The notes beneath the pieces were generated by a model. That model searched no databases, had not been told where the DNA came from, and was given only the letters and a program-made list of their open reading frames with translations. The position numbers were made by a program, and so were the translations under genes. DNA of 64,000 nt. Origin: Centroscyllium fabricii (taxonomy: Eukaryota). How positions within the stretch are numbered: position 1 is the first letter of the stretch; every line of letters begins with the position of its first letter. Positions 46,901 to 59,436 of the stretch are shown here, piece by piece. The stretch is from positions 95,046,001 to 95,110,000 of the forward strand of contig JBNRSN020000004.1 in assembly GCA_051313645.2 (NCBI GenBank). Direction: 5' to 3'.

Positions 46901-48596
46901 TGTAAGGAGCGTGCGCCGTATATTTTATGTACGACTTGGGGTCCGTTACTGCCTTGCGCTAGCAGTCCGCTAGGCCTCGCGCAATAACCTCCTCCCCCGC
47001 GAGCGGTTCGAATCGCTCACCCTTACGGTTCTAGACGTTGGACTTAGGTGCAGGAAGAGAGAGAGAGACGAGATGGATACCGATTGGACTCAGATTTAGA
47101 CTCGAATAAAAGTTTGCAAAGTTGGAAGATTTTATTACACCACAGGATATATTTACAGCAGTTAGGTTGTATTTCATCGGAACGACACAATATGATACAC
47201 CAACAATTGTTTCCCAAACAGATATATATATATATGTACATACACAGGCAACTTATAGGATGGGGAACGCACGGCACATCGTAAATCGGGGCAATGACTC
47301 TACAAATACACCCCAAATAAACCACCCTTCCCTCTATTGCCTAGCTATGTCCAGGTGTGTAGGATCGAGGCACATGCTCACCACTCGGTAATACTCGGGG
47401 TCTGCTACGAAGTTCCTCGTTTCCTCGGCTGCAGCGTCGGTCGTCACGTGGCTGTGGAAGATTCGGGAGTCCACTTGTTGTCTTCTCCCTTTGGACGGCG
47501 GTCGCTCCTGCTCGGGCTGGTCCCGGACGGGTTCCTCGAGGCTGCTCTATCTCCTCGCACCAACCGCACCGTCTCCCTGGCTGAACCGGACCCTGGGATA
47601 TGCCGATCCTGCCCTCTCAAGCCGAACTGTAACGGGCTGCTAGCCTACTTGCTTTCCCACTCTTCGAACGCTAGCTTAATCGCCGTGTTCAACAAGATGC
47701 TACTAATGGGGCCCAACAACCAACTACCTCACCAGCAATGGTTTTCCGATGCGATACTGCCCTGACCCAACTCTGCTGTCCTGCCAGAGCCTGCACCCTG
47801 CTTGCCCTGCACCCAGAAAGCTGAACTGGAGTCTTCGAAACAGAGAGCCCACCCAAAGTCACTGCTAAAGCTCAAAAGTTCTTATCTGAGACCTCACCGC
47901 TTCAAGAGGTCGATTCCACGAGTCGAGAGAGAGAAATCCAAGAGCCTTCTCCAAGAGCTCTTTCCTTGAGAAGAGTTTCCACCAGAGAGATTTTCAAGAG
48001 AGCCCTCTCCAGAGAGCCCACAGAAGAAGAGAGAGCGAACTGTAGAAATGTCCTGCCAGTTATACTGTGAAGCTAATGTCTTTCCCATTAGGCAGGTATT
48101 GTGTTTTGAAAAACGGTTACTGCATTCCTTTGTCCAGCCAAGCCTGCTGGTAATGGTTTGATGGCACCCTAACCTCTCCGTTAGAGCCCCCATTGTTTTT
48201 GCAAGGGTGCTAATCGCTTTAATGCGGGCTTGCTGTGTAAATCTTGTGTCTGGCTAAACGGCCAGTAATTTCAATATTTGCAGCTTTATCGGGTGCTTAT
48301 TTAACTGGGTGCATTTCTTTGTGGGGCTAAGCGGTTTCTGAGGGGCTGGCTACTTATTTACAGGTTTAACAGCGCCTTCATGTCTGGCTTCTTCGCGGGC
48401 TTTTTCCGAATTGGGTTTTGGTTTCGTTTTACACTATGCCATGTGGTCCGGCGGCCATCTTGGAGGCCCCTTTTTTCTCTGATCAGGCCGCAGCCTGTCC
48501 TGTCTGCCATTGTACAATAAAAGAAACATGTATACTCCATCCCTTCGTTTCTGGTCTTTGTAAATCCATTTTGACTTGGAATATTGCGACCTTACA
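46901..48596 (-). repeat. 5' LTR (1696 bp)
   Basis: Direct repeat of 38750-40447, adjacent to the PBS. Confidence 0.95.
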
Positions 48597-49568
48597 AATG
48601 GCAGGAATGACCTACGAGGAGAGACTGTGTAGTTTGGGCTTGTACTCGCTGGAGTTTAGAAGATTGAGAGGGGATCTCATCGAAACATATAAAATTCTGA
48701 CAGGCCTGGACAGGTTAGATTCGGAAAGAATGTTTCCAATGGCGGGGGAGTCCAGAACCAGGGGCCACAGTCTAAGGATAAGGGGTAAACCATTTAGGAC
48801 AGATATGAGGAAGAATTTCTTCACCCAGAGAGTGGTGAGCCTGTGGAATTCCTTGCCACAGAGGGCAGTGGAGGCTAGTTCATTAAATATATTTAAGAGG
48901 GAATTGGATATATTTCTTCAGGCTAAAGGGATTAAGGGTTACGGAGAGAAGGCGGGGACGGGGTACTGAACTTGAAAGATCAGCCATGATCTCAGCCAAA
49001 GATCAGCCATGATCTCATTGAATGGCGGAGCAGGCTCGAAGGGCCGAATGGCCTACTCCTGCTCCTATCTTCTATGTTTCTATAGTTGGCTAGGTCTTGC
49101 ATTGTGCTATCATAATCATGTAACCACTGTGCACCTGTTTTGAAAATTCCTTTTAATATGAAATTAATTAGCAATGACCTTGAAGCAAATGGTTGCAATT
49201 CAGAATTGAGTTTTGCTCAGTTAATGTCATTCAAATTACAGGATTCTGACTTAATGAAGCTTTATGCCTTAACCGTTTCTCTTTATACATTCACCATATG
49301 AGTACAGCAGTGTATTCTACATAAAAATATGTAAAAGTTTATTTTTTCTAATTTCACGTGGAGTCAGGCCTTTTCTATATGCAGCGACAGACTGAATGCC
49401 ATTTTGACCTAGCTTCAATTTAACCAAGTGTTTCTGGTGATGAACATGATGCAATAAGATGCAGTTGGATTTGTTAATCCATCTGGCTTGAAGTGCGACC
49501 AATTGTTATAGTGAACCATTACTGCTTTCAAAATAACCAATCTAATCAGGGTTTAAATCTATATAGGC

Positions 49569-49712
49569 TTCAGGTCCATGACCTATCGTCAGAGTCTCTG
49601 ACAAAAGGTCATCGACCTGAAATGTTAACTCTGTTTCTCTCCACAGACACTGCCGGACCTGCTGAGTGTTTCCAGCATTTTCTGTTTTATTTCAGATTTC
49701 CAGCATCCGCAG
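49569..49712 (+). mobile_element. Second-family Penelope 3' end with an inverted hammerhead-like pair
   Basis: TTCAGGTCCATGACCTATCGTCAGA / TCTGACAAAAGGTCATCGACCTGAA fold-back. The following tail also occurs at about 12984-13065 and 51030-51125. Confidence 0.65.
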
Positions 49713-49878
49713 TACAGGAAACTCTTGTTTAAACGGCACCTAAATGTCCAGAATTCTCTATTAACTGGCAAAATTCTCACTCCGAAAACAGCACCTCAAT
49801 AACCAGCAATGTGTCCGAGTCAGAGTCTCCCGCGGTGACCGAGTTAGTCAGTGGGGTTAGTTCTCCAAACTGCCACTA

Positions 49879-50223
49879 CAGGTTGAGCACCGGTAATCCG
49901 GCACCCGATGGTCCGGCAACTTCAGTGGTTCAGCACAAATCGAAACCGGCGGCATTCAATTTGTGGAGCAGCCGCTCGGCGCGCCGCCATTTCCCACGAA
50001 GGGTGGGCGAGCGCCGAAGGCGTCTGGTGTTTGGGTTGCTGGTTTCAGTTCTTGTAAGTGCTCTATCCCCAGGCTTCCTCCCGGAGAGTGTTCTATCCGC
50101 ACGCTCCGGGCCCCGGGGAGTGTTCTACCGCGCGTGCTCCCCCGAACCTTCAGTGGTCTGGAATTTTCAGTGGTCTGGCACCGGCCTGGTCCCGTGGGTG
50201 CCGGATTACCGGTGCTCAACCTG
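49879..50223. mobile_element. Tigger/pogo-type MITE, relative of 34928-35595 without the msl3 cargo
   Basis: Same TIR, TA TSD and shared internal arms. Confidence 0.9.
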
Positions 50224-50604
50224 TACTCTGCTTCTTTGGCGCTGTCTGAAGTCGGAACACCTCAGTACCCCTGTAACAGGAGTCTGACTCTCCCGCGCTG
50301 CCGGTAGTCTCTTCTGATCCGCCATTTTACAGGGGTACTGTCTCCCCTGCTGCTGGTAGTCATTCCATTGTATTTCACCTTTTAGTGTGAACTCATTATT
50401 TGGAAAAAATATATAAATGCAAAATTTTGTTTCCACTACATTTTGTTCCAGATAATTTTAGCATTTTTTCCATATGCTGGGACAAATTTATTTGTGCCAC
50501 ATGCTGGAAGGGAAATAAAGCTAGATGGATCCAGCAACACTAGATTCTTGCTCTCTTTTCATCTATGGTCATCATGAGTTATAAGGAATGTTCTTTTAAT
50601 TTTA

Positions 50605-51125
50605 ACTCTCAGCCCCACTCCCACTCTGAGCTGTCAATCCTCTGCCTCGTCCATTGTTATAATGAAGCTTGAGGAACAACACCTCATCTTTCAATTAGGC
50701 ATTTTACTGCCTTCTGGATCAAAGTCGAGTTAACAATTTTCAGATCATAACCACTGCTCCCATTTCTTTGGACAGCAACTGTTGGTAATGATTCTGCTAT
50801 TCCCATTTACACCTCCTCTAGACCCGTCTTTTGCTTCTTAACTTATTCCATTACCATCCCCTTTTGCCGTGCACCCAGTACCATCCCCTTTTGCCATGCA
50901 CCATCATCCCTTTTGTTATTTAAAGTCACCTACCATAGACCTTCCCTTCTGTTCTTTCCTCCCCGCCCCCTTTCCTTGCCCCCCTACTTGCTTAAAACCT
51001 GTTACATCTCTTTTTCCACTTTTTCCAGTTCTGATGAAAGTCATCAACCTGATATGTTGGCTTTCTTTCTCCCTCTACAGATGCTGCCTGACCTGCTGAG
51101 TATTTCCAGCATTTGCAGTATTTTA
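50605..51125 (+). mobile_element. Degenerate Penelope-like 3' end
   Basis: KLEEQHLIFQLGILLPSG GIY-YIG C-terminus, pyrimidine-rich UTR and a degenerate CTGATGA hammerhead box at 51031. Confidence 0.7.
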
Positions 51126-51426
51126 CTTTTGTATTCCTGTTCTTTTAATAGATAGATCTGTATCCTGGTATTTGTTTACATGTCCTTTTTCTGACACAAG
51201 TGCAATTGGTATCATTTTAATAACTATCTACCATGATATCTAAAGAAATCCTGAAAAGTACTAGGTCATCACCATTTTTTAAACCCTCTCTTGCATGACT
51301 GAATTACTTGTCTAGTTCTTAGTTGTCATTTATGCCATTTACAGTGCTTTTTTTCCAGTGTGGAAGAAAGCCAGGTTTAATTATTGATGGATACGTTGAA
51401 GCTCCATTTTGAATTATAGACTCAAT

Positions 51427-52240
51427 GGGCTGGATTTTGATGCTGGAGGCGGGACTACAACTTTCAGGTTTGTAGTCCCGCCTCCATCGAGTTGTGGCCA
51501 GCCCACGTGATTTTCACTTGATTGACCTTGTTGAGCCCGCCCAGCGGATTCAGCAGGCCAATTAAGCGCCACCCAGCAACAGGTGACGTCACAGATTGAC
51601 ATTTCATCTGTCAACAGCTTTTGACAGATGAAATATCAATGTTTGACAGCTCTTTGAAGCTGTCAAACACTGACAATCTGTACTCTAAGTTAATTCCTTC
51701 CTCTCAGGCTGATTTAGAGATCTCTCCAGAACAGAAAGCTGAATGCTGCAACTTTTGACAGCTCGCGGTCATTCTGCTTTCTGTGCCGGTGAGATGAGGG
51801 ACTCCCGAGACCTGAAGGAAGGAAGGCTGTAAAGGTAAGTAAAACTTCTTTAAAACCTTTACACACCCCAAACACACTTACGTTTGCAGTCCTGCACCCA
51901 TCACTCACCTGAATACTGGACATCTTGAACCCTCCAAGCCGTTCAGCCCGACAGTCCGCCTCGCTAACTTGCTGTGGTTTGGAGCCATCGGGAATCTCAC
52001 ACTTCAGCAATAAAAATAGGGATTAGGCTAAAAACTGCCTGTTAACGACCTGTTAACAGGCAGTTAATTGGCACTAATCCCCTTCCCGTCTCGGGAGGCG
52101 GGTCGCAGCACAGATCGGTTATCCGCCTCCTTTGAAACTGGCATGGAGATGGGATGGGTTCGTGCCCCCCGATTTCAGGATTTTAACCCCCCCCACACGC
52201 CTTCAATCTCGCCTCCATGGCCCAATGTAAATCCTGCCCA
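51427..52240 (+). mobile_element. Non-autonomous Harbinger-like element, intact relative of 1-1431
   Basis: TIRs GGGCTGGATTT / AAATCCTGCCC flanked by AAT on both sides; several internal palindromes. Confidence 0.75.
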
Positions 52241-52502
52241 ATGTTCTTCCCTTGTGTGCCATGTTTTAGCCTTGACACTTTCCCCCGCCTCCCCCCATTA
52301 CCTAATATCCTGAGCACAATCCAATTCTGACTATCTGTATACGTGGTAGGAACATCTACCTCAACAGAAGTGCTTTGAATCTTTGCAGATAATATCGCTG
52401 GTATCACACTGTTGCGTATTTTGAATGTGTATTAAAATTGTCCCACATGGGATACTGTAGTGGTGATTTGCAAGGCACTGTGGGAAATCTAGTGCCTTGA
52501 GT

Positions 52503-52805
52503 GAATCATAGAATCCCTACATAGAGGCCATTTCAGCCCATCGAGCCTGCACCGACACATATCCCACCCTATCCCCGTAACCCCCACATATTTAATGCCC
52601 CCCGAACACTAAGGGTCAATTTATCATGGCCAATCAACCTAACCCACACATCTGTGGGAGGAAACTGGAGCACCCGGAGGAAACCCACGCAGACATTGGG
52701 AGAATGTGCAAACTCCACACAGATAGTCACCCGAGGCCGGATTTGAACCCGGGCACCTAGCGCTGTGAGGCAACAGTGCTAACCACTATGCCACCGTGCC
52801 GCCCC
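52503..52805 (-). mobile_element. HE1-like V-SINE (short tail) in the 5' LTR
   Basis: Reverse complement of 12673-12983; absent from the 3' LTR. Confidence 0.9.
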
Positions 52806-53129
52806 AAGAAGCACATTGTAAATAAAATAGCCATTAACTAAATACACCAGCCCGGAGTCCTTCTTAATTGTTATATAGATATGGGTATAAAACCCCTTGA
52901 GACACAACAAAACTGGCGATGAGGACGATGGACTTGCGCATCACTTTGCACTGGAATCGGCGATGTTTAAAGTACCAAGTCCCTGTCTGTTCTTAATGGC
53001 ATGCCCGCAGTTTAGTGCTGATGCAATCGCCTCATAAAGGTGGCGGCTCGTGTGTTACACAAATAAAAAGGGGGAGAGTAACAATACAGTGAAACGAAGT
53101 GGAGGCAAAGGACTTAAAAAAAAAAAAAA

Positions 53130-56100
53130 ATGGCTATGCTAACCGGAGCGTTTGGACCATTTGATGAAACGGCGGAGCAATGGAGTGCTTATGCAGAGCG
53201 TTTTGAATTTTTCGTGACTGCAAATGGCATTAAAGATGATGTGAAAGTGGCGACGTTTCTCAGTATGATCGGAGCAAAAACATTTGGCTTGTTACGGAGT
53301 TTGATGCACCCGGATAAGCCTGGCGCTAAGACATATGATCAGATTGTGGAAGAGTTGGAAATGCATTTCGCATCCCAAGCCGCTGCTGATTGCCGAGAGG
53401 TTCAGGTTTCACAAACTAAACCAAGGGGAGGGTGAGTCCATAGCCGAATATGTTGCAGTGCTAAAGAAGCTAACTGAACATTGTGAGTTTGGTGAAACTC
53501 TAAATGACACTGTCCATGATAGGTTTGTGTGTGGATTAAGATGCCCACAGCTGACAAACTGATGCTTAAAGCAGCAATGGAGCTCGCTGTGTCTATGGAG
53601 TTAGCAGCTAAAGATGCACAGCTGTTGGGGGCTGCAACAAGAGTGCACAGGGTAGCAGCTACACCGGATAAGCATGAAAGGGGCACCAGAGAGTGTTATA
53701 GATGTGGAAGGTCAGGTCATCAGCCATCTCCCTGCTGGTGTAAAGACCTGACCTGTCGGAAATGTGAAAGGACATATTCAACGTGCGTGTAATGGGCAAA
53801 GCAAACAATCCTACACAGAGACCCACAAAAACAAACAAGGAAACACATCCAACTGGCGTTCTAAAAAGAAAAACCTACACATGGTGAAACAAGAACAGGA
53901 GGACCGTGACACAGACTCTGATGGGGAGCTGAATCTCCATGTGTTAATGGTGAATGGAGGCTCATCAAGCTATGGAGTCACTCCACTACTAGAGGGAATA
54001 CCGGTCAAAATGGAGCTGGATATGGGGGCCACTGTCTCCTTGATTTCCGAGAAGCTATTCAAAGAAAAACGGAACCACTTATCACTGACGCCGGCCAAGC
54101 TCATCTTAAAGACCTACACTGGGGAAACAGTCCCAGTGCTGGGTAAGACGGAGGTCAATGTGGAGCTCAATGGACAAACCCTGATGCTGCCAGTTTACGT
54201 GGTCAAGGGTGACAATCCATCCCTGATGGGCAGGCCATTGTTGGAGAAAATTCATCTGGATTGGAAAAAAGTGAATGTGGTGTCAGTCGAAGAGGCGAGG
54301 CTAGCGGCAGTGTTGACAAAACATGCGGCTGTCTTTGACGGAGAATTGGGGAGTATGAAGGCGATTACAGTCAAACTCGAGGTGAAGCCTGACAGCCAGC
54401 CACGATTCCTGAAGGCCAGGAACATTCCCTATGCCCTCAGACCAAAGGTGGAGGCTGACCTGGAGCGTCTGGTCAAGATAAGGGTCCTGGTGCCGGTTTC
54501 GCACTGAGTGGGCCACGCCCGTGGTACTAGTGATGAAGAGTGACGGCGCGGTTTGCTTAAGTGGAGATTTTAAAGTAACAATGAATCCTGTGCTCTCAGC
54601 GGAACAGTACCCCCCCCCATCATTGAAGATCTTTTCGCGGGTCTAGCAGGTGGTCAGAAGTTTAGTAAGATTGATCTATGCCAAGCCTACTTGCAGATGC
54701 ATGTAGAAGAGGACTCACAGGAGTACCTCACCATCACCACCCACAAGGGCCTGTACAGGTACTGCCGCCTACCCTTTGGTATAACGTCAGCACCAGCATT
54801 GTTTCAGCGGGCTATGGACCAGATCTTAAGCAGCATTCCAGGGGTACAATGTTACCTCGACGATATCCTTGTCACATAAAAGGACGACAACGAGCATCTG
54901 CAGAACCTGAAGAAGACACTGGGAAGCCTTGAAGAATAAGGCTTACGGGTTCGCAAGGACAAATGCAAATTTTTCAAGCCATCAGTAGAGTACCTAGGCC
55001 ATGTCATCGACGCGGACGGCCTACACACAGCACCGTCGAAAGTGAAAGCCATTGCCGACGTTCCTACACCTACAAATGTCGGCCAGCTGCGGTAATTCTT
55101 GGGTCTCCTGAACTATTACGGAAAGTTTATTCCACAGCTGGCGTCACTATTGAAGCCATTACATGAGTTGCTGTGTCAGGGCAAGGCCTGGGCGTGGCCA
55201 AAGGAGTGCGAAGCTGCATTCAAGAAAGCCAAAGCAGCTTTGACTGACCCCAGAGTGTTGATGCACTTTGACCCGTCGTTGCAGATTCAGCTAGCCTATG
55301 ATCCGTCGCCTTATGGCGTCGGCGCGGTCGTGTCCCGCATCTTTCCCTCGGGCGAAGAGAAGCTGATTGCATTTGCATCAAGGTCCCTGAGCAAGGCGGA
55401 GGTGAAATACCCGCAGATCCAAAAGGAGGCTTCGGGCATCATCTTTTGGAATCAAAAAGTTTCATCACTAATTGTTCGGAAGGAAATTCACCTTGCTGAC
55501 GGATCATCGTCCTCTGACATCGATTTTTGGTCCTCACACAGGAATAACCTCCCTGGCAGCGTGCAGGATGCAGCGCTGGGCGCTGATGTTAAGCGTTCAC
55601 AATTTCAACATCAAATACCGGAGGTCAGCAGCACATGGCAATGCGGACGGATTGTCAAGACTTCCGCTGCCTGTGCCCTCTGAAGGCTGTGAGCAGAAGA
55701 TTATCTACTTTGACATGGTGAGCAATGCCCCTGTCACGGCCCAGCAGGTCAAGAAAGAGACTAGAGTGGACCCTACACTATCCAAGGTGCTGGATCGGGT
55801 GATGCGAGGAGATGGATCACGGGTGTCAGACGCAACACCTGAGCTCCTACCTTACCTGTCAAAAGGGAAGGTCACGTCCGGATGCCTTCTTTGGGGCATG
55901 CGAGTGATCATACCACCAAAGCTGTGGAAATATGTCCTCAACGAGCTGCACTCGGGACATTGTGGTATTGTCCGGATGAAGGAGCTGACACAAAGCTACT
56001 TCTGGTGGCCCGGTCTGGATCAGGAAATTGAAGTTGAAGCAAAATCATGCCCATCATGCGAAATAACCAGGGATACGCCAAGAGCAGCGCCATTGCATCC

Positions 56101-57047
56101 ATGGGAATGGCTGGCGACACCGTGGCAACGGATCCATCTGGGCTTCGCGGGACCAGTGGAAGGAGCGATGTTCCTGGTCGCGGTGGACTCCCATTCCAAA
56201 TGGCTGGAGGTTGCAGTGATGTCTACTACCACTACGGAGAAGACCATCGAGACTCCGAGATGTTCGGGCGATTTGGTCTGCCGGAGCAGATCGTAACCGA
56301 CAATGAAACACAGTTCACATCCCAGGAGATGGAGGAATTCCTCGAGCAATGGAATCCAGCACACGTTCTCCGCGTCTTATCATCTATCCACGAATGGATT
56401 GGCTGAGACATTTGTCAGAACGCTGAAACACGTGTTGAAAGCTGCAAGAAGTGATGCTCCTCTAAAGCAGAGCCTGAATGCTTTCTTGCTGAAATACCGA
56501 AACACGCCCCATGCTACGACTGGAGCATCTCCTGCTTACCTACTCTGGGGAAGGCAGCTACGGACACGCCTTGACCTGCTGAGGTGAACGTCCACCGAAG
56601 CAGTGGTGCATGCCAATCAGCAGGACCAAGTCAGCAGAGGAGCTCAGAGGTCCGAAGAATGACACTTTGTGGTGGGGGGGCAAAGTCCTGGCGCGTAACT
56701 ACACCACCCCGGAGCGGTGGGTCCCAGCTACGGTCATTCAAAAGACAGGCCCCGTTTTATACCGAGTCCGCACCGGAGACGACTGAACATGGAGACGGCA
56801 TGTAGACCAGTTGCTGCCAAGACAGTCACCACAGGTAACCCAAGAAACAGAGGATCAAGGACCTGCTGGGGGCTCCAGCAGGGACTGGTCGTCCGACCCC
56901 GAGACGGTCGCACCATCCACTCTTGTGCCATCGAGGGAGGAAGCCACACCTGCAGGGTCACGGGAGAGCGAGCCAGAGCCTGCTCCTGAGACTAGGCATT
57001 ACCCGCAAAGAGAAAGGCAGCCTTCAGAGTGCCTTAGTTACAGTTAG
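53130..57047 (+). pseudogene. Mag-like gag-pol with many stops and frameshifts
   Basis: WSAYAERFEFF, IAERFRFH, CYRCG..H..C, ELDMGA, YLDD, HSGHCG..CPSC, NGLAE.FV. Confidence 0.9.
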
Positions 57048-57384
57048 TGCTAACCTGTGTGGATGGGGCAGAATCATCCCCAGGGTTAGCAGAATGTAGA
57101 GGCAGTCTACCCTCTCTTCCAAAGTTATAGTCATTTTCAGTTATTCTGTTTTGTGGACATTCTATTTTAAAGGGGAAAATATGTTGTGTATTTTGAACGT
57201 GCATTAGAATTGTCCCACACTGGACACCGTAGTGGTGATTTGCAAGGCACTATGGGAAATGTGCCTTGAGTGAAGAAGCACATTGTAAATAAAATGGCCG
57301 TTAACTAAACACACCAGCCCGGAGTCCTTCTTAAGGGTATAAAACCCCTTGAGACACAACACACACACTATTTACTTCTGGAAT

Positions 57385-58950
57385 CTTGCACAGAAGGAGG
57401 CCCTTTGACCCATCATGCATGAGCCGACTCTGTGGAAGAGTTGTCCAATTTATTCCCACACCCCAACTTTTTCCCCATAACCCTGAAAATCAGTCCTCTT
57501 CAAGTGACTGTCCAGTTGCCTTTCAAAATTTCCTATGAAATCTGATCCCATCACCCTTTCAGATCGTGCGTTCCAGATCTTAAATCTCTGTGTGAATACA
57601 TTTCTCTTCATTTCCCTTTAGTTCCTTTCGCCAATTATTTTAAATCTATGACCTCCGGTTACCGACCACTTGCCAGGGGAAACCGTTTCTCCCTACTTAC
57701 TATCATAATTTTAATTACCTCTACTAGGGCTCCCCTTAACCTTCTACAATCTTAGGAGAACAATCCCAACTTCTCCAATCTCTCCACATAACTGAAGTTC
57801 CTGATCCCTAGTATCATCCTGGTAAACCTCCTCTGTACCCTCTCCAAGGCCTTCCTTCCTAAGTGTGGTGCCCAGAATTCTACACAATACTCCAGCGGAG
57901 GCCTAACCAGTGATTCGTAAAGATTTAGCCAGACTTGCTTGTTTTTGTATTCAATTTCCCTATTTACAAAACCAAGTATCCCATATGCTTTCTTAACCGC
58001 CTTATCAACTTGCCCTGCCACCTTCAAATATTTGTGAATATGCACCCCAGGTCCCCCTAATCTTGCATCCCTCCTCCCCCCCCCCCCCCCCCCCCCGCCA
58101 AAAAAAAATAGTAGCATTTAGATTATACTGCTGCTCCATGTTATTCCTCAAAGCGCATCACTTCACACTTGGCTGCATTAAATTGCATGTGCCTTGCGTC
58201 TGGCCATTTCACCAATCTGTCTGTCCTAATGTTGCCAAATTTTGTATCATCCACAAACTCAAAATATATTTTTATTCTGAGCCCTGGAGGACCCCACAGC
58301 ATACTTATCTCCAGTCAGAAAAAATGTGTTCACCACTACACTTTGCTGCCAATCCCTTTGCCAATTATGTACCCAAGTTGCCACTGCCCCTTTGATCTAA
58401 TGTGCTTCTATGTTCCAAATATATCTGTTATGTGATACTTTATCAAATGCCTTTTGAAAGTCCACATATACAACATCTACTGCACTACCTTCATCAACCC
58501 TCTGTTACTTCATCAAAGAACTCAATCTGGTTTGTCAGACCCATTTTACCTTTAACAAATCCATGCTGGCTGTCCCTTAGTAGGCTGTGCTTCTCCAAGT
58601 GAGAGTTCATTTTGTCCTTGAGCATGGTCTCTAGTAGTATTCTCATCACTGATGTTGGACTGACTGGCCTGTAGTTACCAGGTTTATCCCTTTCCCCTTT
58701 TTTTGAATGGGATGTAACATTTGCAGTCCTCCATTCTTCTGGCACCACTCCCGTATCCAAGGAGGATTAGAAGATGGTGGTCAGAGCTTCTGCTGTCTCC
58801 ACCTTTGCTTCTCTCGGCAACCTAGTGTGCATCCCATCTGGACCGGGTGCCCTGTCAACTTTGAGTGATGCCAACCTAGTTAGCACCTCTTTTCTATCTT
58901 TTAAAAATTTTCTCCAATATCTCTACTCCCTCTTCCTCTACTGCGACATT
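57385..58950 (-). mobile_element. Old CR1 ORF2 fragment
   Basis: PGNYRPVS, SQHGFVKGK and LVRPPLEYC fragments. Confidence 0.8.
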
Positions 58951-58962
58951 AACTTCATCCTT

Positions 58963-59358
58963 GGCGGCACGGTGGCGCAGTGGTTAGCACTGTTGTCTCA
59001 CAGCACTGGAGACCCGGGTTCAAATCCAACCTCGGGTACTATCTGTGTGGAGTTTGCACATTCTCCCCGTGTCTGCGTGGGTTTCCTCCGGGTGCTCCGG
59101 TTTCCTCCCACAGTCCAAAGATGTGCGGGTTAGGTTGATTGGCCAGGATAAATTGACCCTTAGTGTTGGGGGGATTAAATATGTGGGGTTACGGGGATAG
59201 GGTGGGATATGTGTCGGTGCAGGCTTGATAGGGATATGGGGAGAGGGCAGGGGCGGGGTGCTGGGTTTGGATGATCAGCCATGATCTCATTGAATGGCGG
59301 AGCAGGCTCGAAGGGCCGAATGGCCTACTCCTGCTCCTAGTTTCTATGTCTATGTCTA
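58963..59358 (+). mobile_element. HE1-like V-SINE with a long CR1 tail
   Basis: Near-identical to 8248-8655. Confidence 0.9.
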
Positions 59359-59436
59359 TCCTCTTCTTTTGTACCCAAACCATCTCTGCCTTGAAGGCCT
59401 GCTGTTGCTCACTCACTGTTTTCCTGGCCAGTCTTT

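Larger units (their letters stand above)
38750..48596 (-). mobile_element. Endogenous retrovirus-like provirus (basal; lokiretrovirus/spuma/SnRV-like), internally deleted
   Basis: TGTAAGG..CCTTACA LTRs, 4-bp TSD AATG (38746-38749 and 48597-48600), tRNA-Arg PBS, purine tract AGGAGGGA, and gag-PR-RT-tether-RNase H. Confidence 0.9.
36410..49083 (+). mobile_element. CR1 LINE (36410-38749 plus 48597-49083), same family as 21909-25113, split by the provirus
   Basis: ORF2 fragments with a deletion, stops and frameshifts. Reads RFTRMVPGM|AGMTYEERL across the provirus. Confidence 0.9.
52410..57361 (+). mobile_element. Gypsy LTR retrotransposon, Mag-like, degenerate
   Basis: LTRs at 52410-52909 (split by a SINE) and 57182-57361; TSD CACAC; tRNA-Ser-type PBS TGGCGATGAGGA at 52914; purine tract before the 3' LTR. 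Confidence 0.9.
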
